The notes below the pieces were generated by a model. The model saw only the letters and a program-made list of their open reading frames with translations. It was not told where the DNA came from and made no database searches. 64,000 nucleotides of DNA from Diadema antillarum (taxonomy: Eukaryota), in NCBI RefSeq assembly GCF_040938485.1, contig NW_027271288.1, positions 1,116,001 through 1,180,000 on the forward strand, read 5' to 3'. The position numbers and the translations under genes were made by a program. Shown piece after piece: positions 13,930 to 27,789 of this stretch (its first letter is position 1; every line of letters begins with the position of its first letter).

Positions 13930-14014
13930 CCCGTTGAGGAGGGTTTGATTTTGGTATAACACGCATTTACAATAGACGCTTGCCCGAGTATACTCGGGAC
14001 TCGTCCTCAACAGG
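13930..14014. mobile_element. 85-bp TTAA-flanked (piggyBac-type) mini-MITE
   Basis: TTAA on both sides, termini CCGTTGAGGA / TCCTCAACAGG, internal perfect palindrome CCCGAGTATACTCGGG (13983-13998); partial relative at about 52350-52430. Confidence 0.65.
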
Positions 14015-14450
14015 TTAACTGAGAGAAAATTATCCAGATTCCCGCATCAGGATCTCTTATTACATGAAACAGTACTACAATGATATCCTCTGCACGATCT
14101 GAGTCACTCTTCATAAACTGACAGGAATAATTGCTTGCAGCCAGGTGGAATCCCAAATTGTGACGATGTATCACAAGACCAGACTATTTTACACCTACAC
14201 CTGTAGCAAACATGTCTATGATCAATTTTAATGACAGTTTAGTTGGAGAATGTAGCAATAAGTTGCTGAAGATTCATGAAAAACACTTGTCAAATGAAGT
14301 TCAACTACCAGTAATGTCTCAAAGCCTAACTGGCTAAATATGATTTTCATAGGAAATCATGTGCATGTGATGACCAATCAAAAACCTGCTAATTAAGCAA
14401 TTGACACTAATGTCTTGTGGAGAACCAGGCAAAGTTGACAATGAACTCAC

Positions 14451-14562
14451 TTGGCTTTGTTTCCTGAGCCTCTACAGCAGCAGCAGTAGATACAACATGG
14501 CACTCCAATGAGAATCATACCAGCAATCACACTCATACTGATAATCAGGGCCTCAAAGTTGA
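14451..14562 (-). CDS. PTTG1IP: PTTG1IP-like exon 4 (transmembrane helix and Cys cluster)
   Basis: Acceptor ctttctctgcag, donor gtgagt; 112 nt; (I)NFEALIISMSVIAGMILIGVPCCIYCCCCRGSGNKA(K) carries the NFEALII motif and poly-Cys typical of PTTG1IP. Confidence 0.95.
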
Positions 14563-15508
14563 CTGCAGAGAAAGGAAGTGTGATCACAGACATAGGTCAA
14601 TATCAGAAAATCTCTAGCAATTCACGGTTTACAGACAGTGACTAAATGCATTTGGCACAAAGGGAGAATGACAAGCAGAGAAGAATATAAATATTAGTAA
14701 CATATCTTATTTGTAGCAAATCAGCAGCAGCACGTAGTAAAAACTATGCTTTTTTCCTGAAAAGGGAAGAAAGGGAAGAAATAGAGTGGTTTCCCATTGT
14801 TTTAAGTAGAAAAAAAAATCAGATAAGTTTAATAGTAATACAAGCGGTTACCTTTTGAGATTTGATAAATTAATTTTCTCTTACATATTTGTACTTACAT
14901 GTGAATCAGATAGCAATGATCATCCAGCATGCAAGACAAAGGCAGTGAAATTCCCAGAAAGTGCAACTTACTGTCACGTTCAGACTGAACGTGCTTCTTT
15001 ACAAGTTGAGTGAATTCATGTAGTGTCCTTCAAAATAAGCATCTTGGAGGCAAAAGTGTCTAAATTTGTCATCAGGTTACTCCCACATTACAAATTCTTC
15101 ATGCGAGTATATCATGCTAACTCTCTAACATGTATTTTATCTGACTTGCAGATTTCAGTTTATATCAGCTCAAAACATTAATACTCAGGAAATCTGTCTG
15201 AATAACTCATCTGCAATGAGTGCTACATTGAAAGACAGACTTGACTGCCAGTGCAAGTGGTGCCCAAAGTTCACTTCAGACTGACTATAAGGAATGGTAG
15301 TCCCTGGTGCCTACTGAGGGCATGCAAAAACAAGCTCTTTTCTGTAAATCTCTTCGCAAAGACAGAAATGTTTTGTTTTGTTTTCATAGCTTGTTTGTTT
15401 ATTTGTTTGTTTGTTTGATGGGGTGGTCACAGGCAACAAGACCAAGGAGTCTGGCAGTCAACCTCATAAACTGACCATTATGTATGAAGACACCTTGCAC
15501 TGACTTAC

Positions 15509-15614
15509 TCAAACAGGTGCCCCATCTTGCCTCACTAAGAGGGCACTCTTTGTTGGGTAGGATGTCTGAAGCTGGGTAGAGAGAGCACCGTTTGGTAGAC
15601 AAGCAGTAGTAGCA
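15509..15614 (-). CDS. PTTG1IP: PTTG1IP-like exon 3
   Basis: Acceptor tttcacccatag, donor gtaagt; 106 nt; CYYCLSTKRCSLYPASDILPNKECPLSEARWGTCL resembles human CLWCNTNKACLDYP...CKLSSARWGVCW (recalled). Confidence 0.92.
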
Positions 15615-16949
15615 CTATGGGTGAAACAAAGAGAGAATACTATAATCACATCACACATTGGTAATCAGGACAAATACTGATGATGGGGATAGGGAGGATA
15701 GAACGAATAAATCGACTGAAGAGTAACATTTTTAAAGTGCATAATCCAACATGCCACGTCGCATACGTAGCTTGGTCAAAGGCAGATGACATGATAACCA
15801 ATGTTGGATATCTCCTGTCACTGTGTATTATACTCTCCATAAATCCCCTTAAATGTATCATGCATTATGTGACTTCATGATAAAGAAGTCTCATCTGCCC
15901 TTTCCTGCATTTTCTCTTTTGTTTTTTCTTTTCATGTGACCTATGGAAGTATTAAACTAATAAAAAACACTGCACCAGAGAAGTGCATCTCATTGCAATT
16001 CAGAAGTTCATAGTAATGCTTCACACGTACATGTATCATACTATTTCATAGGTTAAACTTCTGGGTGGTATGCTATAATGCAGAATGCTATGCACAATAG
16101 CTGCATGCACCTGATTAGGAAGGAGCCCCCCCCCCCCCGTATTTGTCAAACCACAGACTCTAATCCCATCTAATGCAGGCTGTAAGACTCAGGTTTGCAG
16201 TTAAGTGTAAGTCACTGTGGTCTACTATCAGTCATTAAGCTCACTTCCTATACATACATGTAGACAGGTTGATTTAATCATTGCACTTAATACTGAAAGA
16301 GTTCAGGCAGAACATACTGTATAATGGTCTACCATGAATAAAGTCTGCTCATAGAGCAATCGAGAAAACTATTAGAATAGCAATAGAGTTCGACAGACAT
16401 TTAATGGATAATGCACCCCATTTCTACAAAAGAGCAAGATAAAAAATCTAATTCCAAACCTTTCCCATGATGTAAAAAGGTATAGCCTCCTTAAATACTA
16501 AAATGTAAAATTTGAAGCAGAATGGAATTTACACAACACTACTTGGATATAAGTCTTGCACATTGTACACATTGTCCAGGCTGATTAGCTGTGTCAAGAG
16601 ATTTGCCTATTATATTGTATTCTAATGGATGTCAATCACTACTTTATACATGTACTTTCTAACCACATAATGCCAACCTGAAGCTTCTTTCACCCTGACA
16701 CACAATCAGCTATCAGGTCATCTACTCATTTATGCATTGTGTGCCTTTGATCCAACACAGAATACACTCTTACGAGTCCAATGACTTATTAGAAAACACT
16801 TCCTTTGGACAAGAAGTACACACAGAATAGCATACAACACGTCCTAACAGAATCAAGGTCGCATAAGGAGATGGGGGGAAAAATGGAACCTGTTTCTGAG
16901 TATGGTAGTAATTTCAGCTTCTAGACAAACATATTGAAAAGAAACTTAC

Positions 16950-17005
16950 TTTTGCTTTTGGTGCTTTGACACAGGCATCACAGCTAGTATTCAGACGACT
17001 GCACT
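16950..17005 (-). CDS. PTTG1IP: PTTG1IP-like exon 2 (first half of PSI-like domain)
   Basis: Acceptor ttttttcttcctttgcag, donor gtaagt; 56 nt, phase 1 to 0; ECSRLNTSCDACVKAPKAK has the C-x-SCxxC pattern of PTTG1IP. Confidence 0.88.
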
Positions 17006-18589
17006 CTGCAAAGGAAGAAAAAAAAAATGAGCATAATTTCAGAAACAGATTTGAAATTGTGTCTGATGTCAGTTACACAACTATTAGTGAGCATCAAGTA
17101 GCCAGTGTCGTCACACTGGCTTATCCTTTGAGACACTTGTGTATAATGAATGCTTTGTTCATAGCTTGTAGTGCCTTTAGTGACAAAAAGGGCAAATTAA
17201 TGAAATGGTAATCTCCTTGTAATCTGTTTTATACTCCTCAAGATGTACTGCCTTTATCCACACATTACTGTTGGGCACTCATAGTAGGCCCTATAATATT
17301 GTATGAGAAAAGTTTGATTTATCATCCCTGAATCAGGTTGCATCATCCCACATGCAAACATTAGGCATGCTTTACTGTAATAACTTTAGACAATCCAAAA
17401 ATGTATTTTCTTTTCCTTTCCACGTTTACTGAGGAAATACTTGAACGTCTAGAATACAAATGTTGACGTATTAACTACTGTGCCTACAAGCATAAATTCA
17501 TACCAGGATCATCTTACAACATACAGGTCAACACTATAATAGCTGAGGGTGACATGCACTCTTCAGCATAAAATATCATAGAGATCCCTACATTGTAATA
17601 TTCAGACAAGGACTGTATGTTTATCTTTTATGATATTTACGTTATAAAATTACTTGCTTTCCTGAATCATCTCTTATTTTAATCATTCAGTATTGTTTCC
17701 ACATGTACAATATACAGCAGATTGCATGATGAAGGGCAAGGTGTTTGATCACAATACACTAGTTCTATCATAAAAACATTTCAGAGGCTGCTGACTCCAC
17801 TGATTCTGTTCATCAGGCTACAATGTACATGTACATAGAATAAACTGTAATTCCTTTGACCTGAATGACTTTAAGCAAACCAGGAACTGTACTTTGCAAC
17901 TAATTCACACTACAGTGTAACTATAAACACACCTCAGTTTACTGCCATGACTTGGGGGGGGGGGGGGGGGGGGGGTGTCAGGAGGAATCAATGGAAGACC
18001 TTTGTATTCATGTGTTTACTGTTTTCCTACAATGGCTGTACTTCTGTGCACAGACAAAGGGAGAGAACACAATAGGTTTGGGTAGCCCTTGAAATGACTC
18101 ACTTGCTGTACAAGAATGCAGTGCATGCTGTATAGTGTACACAATTGTACACTGGTGTACATGCAAACCCTGAACATGCCTGTGGTCCGTGTGGAGAGGG
18201 CAAACTTTTTGTCTTTTATAATATTATATTGTATGAGTATGGTGGGTATGTGTGTGTGTGCGCACATGAAAAGTAAAATTCAGATGGTACTTACATGTAC
18301 AACTAAGTGTATTTTCAGGTGTAATTGAAAATGCTACAGTGTACATTGAAGATCACACATGTACATTTGTATGAATGAAACTGATTTGCCATACATTGTA
18401 TTTTGGAAAAAAAAAAGTCAGCATGACAGTGTCAGTCAAAAAGTAGATAAATACTACATTTCATTCTGAATTGTAGACTTTTTAGAACCTGAAATTCAGA
18501 AATATTTCAATTTAGTTTTTCAAAGGTACAGGTTTTCCAAATGTGTTAGTTTGTTAGCTAGATTAGTTAGCATTTGTAAGTTAGTTACA

Positions 18590-19016
18590 CTTTGTAGTTG
18601 GTTAGTTAGTTAGTTAGTTTGTTTGCTTGTTTGTTTGTTTGTTTACTTGTTTGTATGTTTACTTGTTTGTTTGTTTGTTTTCATAGGAGAAGATGTCTGG
18701 ATAGCCCTTGTGCAGCTGTTGGCTGGTCTTCCATGGGGTCCCGTTGGATGTGAGGCAGACCACTCACTGGGTTCAAAATCAATGTACCCTGCTCTTTGCG
18801 ATGAATGAATGAAGAGGGATCTTTCATGTGCCTCTGACTCTCTCACACATGGGACCTCCATTTTAAGTCCTACTGTATCTACGGGACAGAGTGTTTTCCC
18901 TCTTACTAGAGGGGATGGTATAATTACACACAACATTGCTCTTGATGAGACTCAGGAATTGAACCTGGGTTCTTTGGATCTGGAGGCAGACGTGTACAGA
19001 CTGAGCCAAATCACTG
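18590..19016 (-). mobile_element. tRNA-derived SINE, apparently full length, with Nin/Deu-like core and (AAAC)n/(AACT)n tail
   Basis: A-box TGGCTCAGTCTG (18997-19008) and B-box GGTTCAATTCC (18955-18965) on the minus strand; core GGACTTAAAATGGAGGTCCCATGTG...GCACATGAAAGATCCC...CATCGCAAAGAGCAGGG resembles the Nin domain (recalled); simple-repeat tail 18590-18683. Confidence 0.7.
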
Positions 19017-21670
19017 TCCATCATACAGTGTACATGAACTGCACATCAAACATCTAAAATAGTGAAAGTTTGTGAGGAAATCAGATGATCCATTGGAAGG
19101 ATGGTAAGGTCTATCATGAATTTCGGCAGTTTGGAAAATCCCATGTGCTGCCCTCTATCTATAGGAGTTCTACAAGAATTTGTGATGTCACTATATAAAG
19201 AAACCAATTAAAAGAAATTGTATACACACACAAAAGAGAACAATACTTAAACAATATTTTTTTTCTTTCTTTCTGTCTCTCTATGTAAAGATGCCAGAAA
19301 TGAGGTGTCATGTCACTAATGTTCATTTCATCCCTTAATTGTCTACATTTCCTCTGTTTAAAAAATTGGATTTTCCATAACATGGATGTAACAGTAAAGC
19401 TTGCACTACATGTAAATCTACACAGTCTGTATACCAAATACGATTCAATGTGGTTGACTTGGTCATGAATGTAAAGTGTCTTTGCACTCTTGAGTGTGCC
19501 TGTCAACTTCCTGCATATTTCCATTTGTTTGACATCTATTGGAACACTGTTACTGTAGTGTATAAGCTGTTATTTTCACAAGGGTCCAATTCTGGAATAA
19601 ATGTTGGAACGCAAGGTTATTTAACCACACACAAAAAATATCTCAGACTAACAGGCATCAACTAGTGCACAATGTACAAATGTATGATAGCCAAGGTGTC
19701 AAAATCGCAAAAATAACATCTCGCGAAAATGTTCTTGACTTCCTCATTTGCGAAAATATCTGTTACGAAAATAATAGCTTGTACATCATGGCATTTTGCC
19801 ACAATAATCTAGCATTATTAACATGTGTACACCTTACTAATACAATGTACAAAATATGTACGCGCTGTAGGTTGTACACATGATTGGCTAACCATAACAA
19901 TTTTGAACATCAGCTGTAATCGCCAATACATTGTGATACAAGTAACCAATTTATGCATCATATGCCATACACAATGCTGCACACTGGCACTGGCCGATGG
20001 TCCCTGACCAGTAAAAAGCACTGTAGGACCAGTAACTTTTTCAGGAATGGACCTGTAGAACATATGAAAGCAGGGTACCTCCTGGTCCGACAGACAGGTC
20101 AGACCAGTAGTAAAAATGGGTTAGTGTGCAGCCCTGCCATACAACACACGTACAACTGTAGCTCTGCAATACTGACTTGACACAGCACATTTAGTCAAAA
20201 TGGGGAGTCTCCTGCATTCTCTGGACAGACCGGATGGTTTAGCATGACTGCCGATTATGATAACAAGCTACAAGTTCAAGGAAAGCTGCCATCTCTGGTC
20301 TAGATCATCAATAGCAACAAAGTTTATGCTGACAGGGAAGGATTCTATTATCACATTTGCACGTCTACAGTGTACAGATGTGTATCATTACACGTACAAT
20401 ATGTATGTACTTACGTACATTGTACAATGTAATTGGTTCATGCATGCACTGGTGATGTACAGTTGAACCAAGTATCTCAACTTGTAATAGACTTGTAAGA
20501 AACATGCTACACTTTGTATAATGACTGTATTGAACATACATTGTACGTTATTGTGTACAAGCATATTTTGTTGAATAGGAGTTGTAATACAATGTAATTG
20601 CCTATGCCTTTCCAATTAAAAAAGGTGCTCATTACTATTTGTAGTATGTATGTTTGTTTGTTTGTTTGTTTGTTTTTGACATTTGACATTGAATGGAGGA
20701 TGATATGATTAAAGGCACTGCATTGGTATTAAGACAAACTCATCATCCAATGTTCACATCAGAAATGACCTGGATACACACAGGTCTACACTGTATGTAC
20801 TTTATACAGAGAGTATTAGATAAAGCATGATTTTTAATTTTTTTTTATTTATTTTTTTTAATACAAAACACAAAACAGAGCGCTCTGTTAATACGAATTA
20901 CAATGAAAAAACAAACAAACAAAACTTCATGTATGGGTACAGCTGGCTGACTGCTGTACGTGTATTTAGTTTATACAACTGTATAGTTTCAGATAACTGA
21001 CTCATACATTGTACAGGTACTTGTAGAAAGATTTGCTGAATATAATTTCGGTATTTCACCCTCATCATATACTACACAACCTCCTGACACTGGCTTGAAA
21101 GCCAACATGTTTGGTGCGCACTGATATTAATTGTAGCACGCAAATTGCGGCATGGGGTAAATCATAATTAAATTACATACTGTACAACGTACTGTGGTAC
21201 ATGCATGCATTGTTTGTGTGCTGAAGCCTGAAGGGACATATTGTTAAGGTACATATACAATATGTACAATTTACATGTACTTCATGATGTACTCCATGGT
21301 TTAATCTTGTTCACATTGAATTAGAAAGACAATTTTTGGATGATAGCAGTTTCATAAAAAAATAAAAGATCAGAGGATGCATGTATGGCAAACTCGATAA
21401 ACGATGAGGATGACTTGACTAGATACAATTGTACATGTCTAGTATTGAAAACCTCTTTGGGTCTGGTATAATGCATAGACTCTACAGTATTTGAGAATCA
21501 CTCAATATTCAGTTTAGGGGTATCAGTGCTTCTAAACTTGCTCTTCACTCCTCTGCTGATTAGCCAACATACATTATACAATGTAACTGTGAATTTCATG
21601 TTTAAGGTACACAGCACCAGAGTCAATAGAGAGCATTTGCAGAGCTTTATGCAGAGCTCATCACCTCAGG

Positions 21671-21905
21671 GAAGAGCAACAAAGATGGTACCTGAAGTTA
21701 AATCATTGTCATATCCTGAGAGACTAAAGTACATGGTATTTGGGGATTCCATCCCTAGAGTATTGACATGAACGTTCAGATATGATTCCAGTGTTCGAGA
21801 TTTTGTATGATTATTATGGAAGACTTTGATCCAGCTCTTCTCTCTGTTATCAATGATCAAGTTACATTGTACATGCGGTCTGCTGTAGGTTTAAGTTATA
21901 CAAAC
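21671..21905 (+). mobile_element. CR1-like LINE 3' fragment
   Basis: RATKMVPEVKSLSYPERLK followed by a frameshifted RSDMI.VF.IL matches the CR1 ORF2 C-terminal consensus RRATKL...LSYEERL...RGDMIEVYKI. Confidence 0.75.
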
Positions 21906-23083
21906 ATTGTATAAAGGAAGGTGTTGAACTAGTAAAATAATTGAACTCTTTCAATTATTTTACTAGTTCTCTATAATTGACTCTAATTGACTTTCAGTCA
22001 GAGAGTACACTAAGTAGTAAATACCAGGACTTGAAATAGCCTTTGTGCAGAAGCTGTCGAGGCAACATCAGTGAACAGCATCCATCAAGTCTAAGCTCAA
22101 TGACAATGATCACTGCAAGCAGAAATGTAACATTATAAAACAAATTTAATCCTGATTGCATAAACTGACCATCCCCTGGATACATGATCTCCTCAGGTTC
22201 AGGACTGAATCCTTTGAAATTGAATGGTCCTCTAGCAAGTCTTCAACTTACCGGGCATCATCGTACATACATGTAGGTAATTCAGCACTGACAGCAGGTA
22301 GGCCTAGATTCTAATGTACAATGGAACAGCGAAATAGAGCACAGCTACTAACAGTTTATAACACTAACACTTTAGTTTGAAACAGATTCAAGTCAGAAGT
22401 TGATGCATTCCTGTCACAGAAGTAGGCCTACAAAAAATTCACATTACTCTGCAGAGTAATCATCTCAAATACAAGAAGCACCAGCAGTAGCACTGCAGTC
22501 ATTACCTGTAAATTTTAGCTGAAGTTGTGTACTGCAATAAAGAAAATGAAGTAGGGTTCCTAGGCCTAAGTTTACCCAAGTTTGACATACAGTGGAAGCT
22601 TACTGAAAAGTGGGAGGGCATTACAGGAATCAATAAGTTCTGACTTTTAGCTGACACTTGGTTTATCGTCAGCCAATGATTACAGCATGTCTACATGCGT
22701 ACAAAAACAGAAGAAATTGCAAGTACATATTAGAAAACCATAATCCTATAAAGAATATTGTCTTTCCAGAAGCCTGACAAGACAGCTGACTGGTGAATAC
22801 AGCTTAGACTTGTCTACTTGGTACTACAGGTGAATACAGCTTCACACGAGTCACAGGTGAAGACATCACATGGAGATAGCGCTACACTAGCCCTAACCCC
22901 GGAGCGGGCGCTGTAACACAGGACGGTACGTATTGGGGTCGCTGCTGCGGTTACACTAACCACCTGTTAGCCCCTACTGACAGTTGATGCTACCCAACTG
23001 TGTTAGGCCTACATTTGTCATTGGATACCAGATGCGATGTACCATTCAATTGTGAGTTTAACTGTTACACATGCATGTAATCT

Positions 23084-23241
23084 GGGGGGTGTTTCATCAA
23101 CGTTTGTCAGCGCTGACAACTGTCAGCTCTGACAATTACAGCAAAATCCTTGGTTTTGATTGGCTGAGATGCTCTGGTAACTGACTGTTACTATGGTGAT
23201 TCAAGTTGTCAGCGCTGACAAACGTTGATGAAACACCCCCC
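23084..23241. mobile_element. MITE, Harbinger-like GGGG termini, in PTTG1IP intron 1
   Basis: TIRs of about 35 bp: GGGGGGTGTTTCATCAACGTTTGTCAGCGCTGACAA / TTGTCAGCGCTGACAAACGTTGATGAAACACCCCCC; related copy at 28931-29087. Confidence 0.8.
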
Positions 23242-23561
23242 ACCAGCCAGGCCAGGTCTGGTCTTTCATGTTTATGAATGTTTGATAGGCCTACACCGCC
23301 TAGATTCTACCTGCTGCCTGCATTTATGTATGCCAGCTAACATAACAGTCTTCGCAGTTTATACAACTTCTATCGTTAGATCTAGAACAGTCCAACGTTA
23401 CCAATAACACCATGCTTGCAATCCAAGTTTTTAGAGCAGTGGGCCAGTGCAATACAACATAACACTGACTACTGTACTAAACAATTACCTGGTACTTAGA
23501 AATTGAACTCACGTTCACTGTGTAAGACAAGTGAGCAACGACCCACGCAACGTTTACGTAC

Positions 23562-23667
23562 CTTCTTCTGGGGTTATTGTGGTTGTTGGTTGTGTAGCTG
23601 CCTCAATAAGAACAATGGCGAAACACAATGACAGTGCGAATATGAAGAAACTCCTCGTTTTATCCAT
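23562..23667 (-). CDS. PTTG1IP: PTTG1IP/PBF-like, coding exon 1 (signal peptide)
   Basis: ATG at 23667 reads MDKTRSFFIFALSLCFAIVLIEAATQPTTTITPEE (hydrophobic signal peptide plus Thr-rich linker); 106 nt; phase-1 donor GTACGT. Confidence 0.8.
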
Positions 23668-23859
23668 TCTGACAGTGGTGTGGACTTAAAGTAGTAAATT
23701 AAAATATTATTACTGTGGCTCTTTTCAACTTCACACACGCCAGGTAGACTACATACATGTAACTGATGTTATTTGATAGTGTATGCGCATATCGCATATG
23801 CGTAATACATGCATACAGAGCTACAATGTGTAGTGTGTACAGTACAATGACTCCAAGTG

Positions 23860-24070
23860 CAGCGATCGAGCGCGAGCGGGCGCTCAACACACACAGCAGA
23901 ATGGATATGGGTATTGCGTATTACACTAACTTTCACGTACGTGCTGTACTGCACTGTCGTATACGGCACTGTGTGATAGCAGTCGTACTGCTCTTGTTTT
24001 CGTCGAAAACCGTCGATGATCGACGTCATGTATCGCGATAATCTACAAACTTCCGGGTTGGATCTACGTC
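23860..24070 (-). promoter_or_regulatory. Probable PTTG1IP promoter / first non-coding exon region
   Basis: CpG-rich patch 200-400 bp upstream of the ATG with a CRE-like GACGTCA (24022-24028), palindrome TATCGCGATA (24031-24040) and ETS-type ACTTCCGG (24049-24056). Confidence 0.5.
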
Positions 24071-26347
24071 AAGACAAGTGATTGTAGTAGCTCACTTTTA
24101 ACCAAGGTTGTAGTTTAACACTTCGAACAATGTTTTCTTTTCCCTGGATAAATTCTTGATCCATTTCCACATCAATGAAGAGAGCAATGTGCTATAAAGA
24201 TAATGTTCTTGCTTTCAGTTCTTCCGATTCAAAAAAATCCGAAAACAAAACAAATCTATATCGTGCAGGTTCTCTTTTAAACCTGATCAAACATTTTCAA
24301 TATCAATTATGTCATTCAGTGGCGGATCTCCCTTGTGTGGTTTAGGGCAGGGTTGCCAACCTTCAAAAAGCGAAAAACAGTATTCTGAGAGGGAAAAAAC
24401 AGTATTTTGCCCCCAAGCATTTTGTAAGAAATGACGAAAACGAGGGAGTGAAGCGATCGACCGAGCCGGGGGGAGGGGCACCCCCCCCCCCCCCCCCACG
24501 GTAAGGAGATTTTTCAATTTTGCTGTTCAGAATCATGCAAACTGGTGCATTCTCTGGTAAGATGATTCCATATCTAACATAACACATAAATCAAACCAGA
24601 AAAAAAAAAACAGAAACCCGCAAAAGAGGATATAATTTTCATATGAAACTATAGGGGTTTATAACCCCCTCCTTGGGCGGCTGTGTTTATTTGTTTCAGG
24701 TTTTTCGGAGGTTTTTTTTTTTTTGTCAGCCGATTTTGGGAAAGAAATGGTGACAAAAATGTGACGACTTTTTTGTTTCCCTCTTGATATGACCCTTCGT
24801 CAATGGGCTGACCCCCCCCCCCCCCCGCCCCCTTCGCAAAAAAGAGAAAAAGATACGCCCCTGTCATTCAAAGAACGATCTTCTTTTTTTTTTTCAAGTT
24901 TGTTGTGTGCCGATCAAACTACATTAACTGTGGCAGCATCTTGTATGATTTGAGAGATGAATATTTGTCTGTTGCACTGTCTTGTTTTATCAAGACTAGT
25001 GGGCTACGTTTGCACTTTCTTCTCTTCTTACTTCCTCCTATGGGATAGGCCTATTAATTAATTCTTAGACCAATCAAGAATTAGTCTGAAAAGAAAGACT
25101 AATTTCTATGGCAAACACAAATCACCGTTCTTTGAAAATTAATGAACAGAGTCGGAATGAAAGCATACTGATGTTATGAAATTCGAAGATTCGCTAATTT
25201 TAATTGTACAACCGTTCATGTGAAATTCCAGTTGCTTTTATTCCAACTGATTTGCAAATCACCCTCGGGGCATCACTCGATGAAGGGCAATTTGTTAGTT
25301 ATAAGTTCATGAACAGTTAAAAGAGTGAGCATAAACGTGTTATCACCTCACAATTCTACATTGACCATGTTGAACACTTTCTTTTTTTCTGAAATCATAA
25401 TTCTATAATCATTATCATCATCATACCGTGATCATCTCAGTGTGGTGTCAAAATCATTAACCCTATCGTCGTCGTCATCACCATCAGCATTATCCTTATC
25501 AATATGGAGAATGAAAATCGATCAGGCCTACAGACCAATCAAATGTCAATAAGGCAAAGAATGACAAAATTGACAAAAATTGCAAGAACCTTATTACCTC
25601 TTGTCCCCTGTATTTCCAAGAAGGGCTGCATGCAGGAAAGAGAAAGGGCCGTGTGCAGAATGCCTCTCGTGATCAGAGATAACTCCTTGATATATGAATT
25701 TCAAAGGAAAGAATATAAGGTAGCTTCACTTGTGATTCAATGTTTCTAGTGGCAATATGATTATATTTAGTATTCGGTTGTTTGTTTGTTTGTTTATTTA
25801 TTCCCGTCACAATCAATCAAACATATACAAATATAAAAAATGATACAATGTTGAAAGCGGCTGGATAAGCCTCACTCAGTAAATATTGCCATCATGGCTT
25901 ACTGTTTTTCAGGAGGGTCCAGTTACATTTACAAATCATATACTACATAAAACTTCTTATTACACAATTACACACGAACAAATCAAAAACGTCCCCCCCC
26001 CCATCCTAAAAAAAAAAAAAAACCCAACATAATCAACTTTAATTAAACTCAAGCCCTGCATAGAGCATTATACCTGTCTATAATCTGTCACCTTTTATAA
26101 ACATGTACTTTATACTCTATTACCGTTTCACTCTGTAACATATATAATCTAATAAATATAAAACACAAATCAAATCTATTAACCGGAAAGAAAAATTCGG
26201 TGAGAGCTGGAGGGCAAGAAATTATACTGGGTTCACCAGCATTTGATTAATCTTTTCTTTTTCATCTTTGACCAATAATTTCGAAAAGACGGTGTACAGT
26301 GATGGAAAGAGAAACTTTCTTCCACAGTCCGGAGCAAGTGCATATCT

Positions 26348-26526
26348 GGGTCCTGTTTCATAAGCTGTTCGTAAAGTTACAAATTACGAGCAACTGGTGA
26401 TCAGTTTTGATGTGCTATTATACTTATCAGAATTTCCATAATTCCGCACAAGAACTGATCACCAGTCGCTCGTAAGTCGTTCGTAACTTTACGAACAGCT
26501 TTATTAAACACCCCCCCCCCCCCCCC
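26348..26526. mobile_element. MITE with TGTTTCATAAGCTGTTCGTAAAGTTAC-type TIRs
   Basis: Left GGGTCCTGTTTCATAAGCTGTTCGTAAAGTTAC; right GTAACTTTACGAACAGCTTTATTAAACACCCC. Confidence 0.75.
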
Positions 26527-27267
26527 GGTCTTTCGATCCCGTCAAACGTTTCAGCCAAACTATCGATAGCAGAAAGAGAAGTATCGAATGATCGGGCCGG
26601 TGGGAGTTTCTCAGTTCTTTGCTGTAACAATGACGTCATTGTCCCTCAATAAAGTTTACGTTTTCAGCAGAGAATAAAGTATTATGATACACAGTCACAT
26701 GTACGCAATACCGATGGAAAATATACTTGATAGGCAATGAAATACAAGTACCCCAGAAACATCAATGTCAATGAAGTGGGGGGGGGGGGGGGAGGAGGGA
26801 GGGGGCAATTGCATATCAGTCCCCCCCCCCCCATAGTTCCAGAGATGTGGGCAACCTTTTTTTATCTTAATCTTAATCATTCTGAAAATGTAAAACCTCC
26901 CTCGCCCCATCACCCATGAAAAAATTGAGGGACAAAATAAATATATCATTTTGCCCCAAATGATTCCCGAGATGCGGAAATTTTTCTTACTTTTTTTGAG
27001 AGAAAATGTTCCAAATATTTCACCGGTGTGCACCAAATCATTGAATTTCAATCCCAAAAATCCAAAGTCTCCCTCTCTGAACCTCGCCTTGCCGGGTCCC
27101 CTATAGGGCGCTTTTGGTTTGACAATTTGCCGAATATTCCACAAAAATCATGCATCGTTAAGCCCCGTTCGTGACGAACTGGGATACCCCCTTCTCCCTC
27201 ACGGACCTCGTCAACTGACACCCAGTAATGACGCACACGCAGAACATGAAGAGGGATACCCCCCCTC

Positions 27268-27298
<31 letters not shown>

Positions 27299-27789
27299 AC
27301 AACACACACACCTTTCACCGCTCTGTCGCTCTGCTCCCTCGCACACGATTGTTATCCAATTTTGCCTCCCCCGCCCCATGCCACCCCATCCCACCCCCGT
27401 CCCATCGATCGTGAAAACGGATGGACGCCCTCGCCATCAAACATTTTAGTCAATCAAATATTCATAAACAAGCAACAAGAAATCATCTTACACAGTGCTT
27501 GTGGCATTCTCTAAAAGTAAATAAATGCCGTTAAGACTGAATTGAATTGAATGAAAATTGCCATCAGCACAACAGTTACTGTATCCAAGCAGTAAAAAAG
27601 AGAGCTCGCTGTACTCGACTCATGCACACACGACCGTGACGGCGCGGCGCGCCGCGGCGCCACGCCAGGCCTTGTTGGGTGGGTGCAGGGAGCTGGCTTC
27701 CCACCTCCCTGGTGCTTGCCAGTCCATAAACTCCAGCGGGAAACACCAGTGGGGAACACTTCATTTGAATTAGCACTTAAAATGGAAAA

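Noticed and set aside
18104-18180. Cys-rich minus-strand candidate for PTTG1IP exon 2
   Set aside because: It lacks the SCxxC pattern; exon 16950-17005 fits the motif and phase.
22820-22890. Minus-strand PCDVFTCDSCEAVFTC, resembling a second PSI-like exon
   Set aside because: There is an in-frame stop right after it and no proper splice sites.
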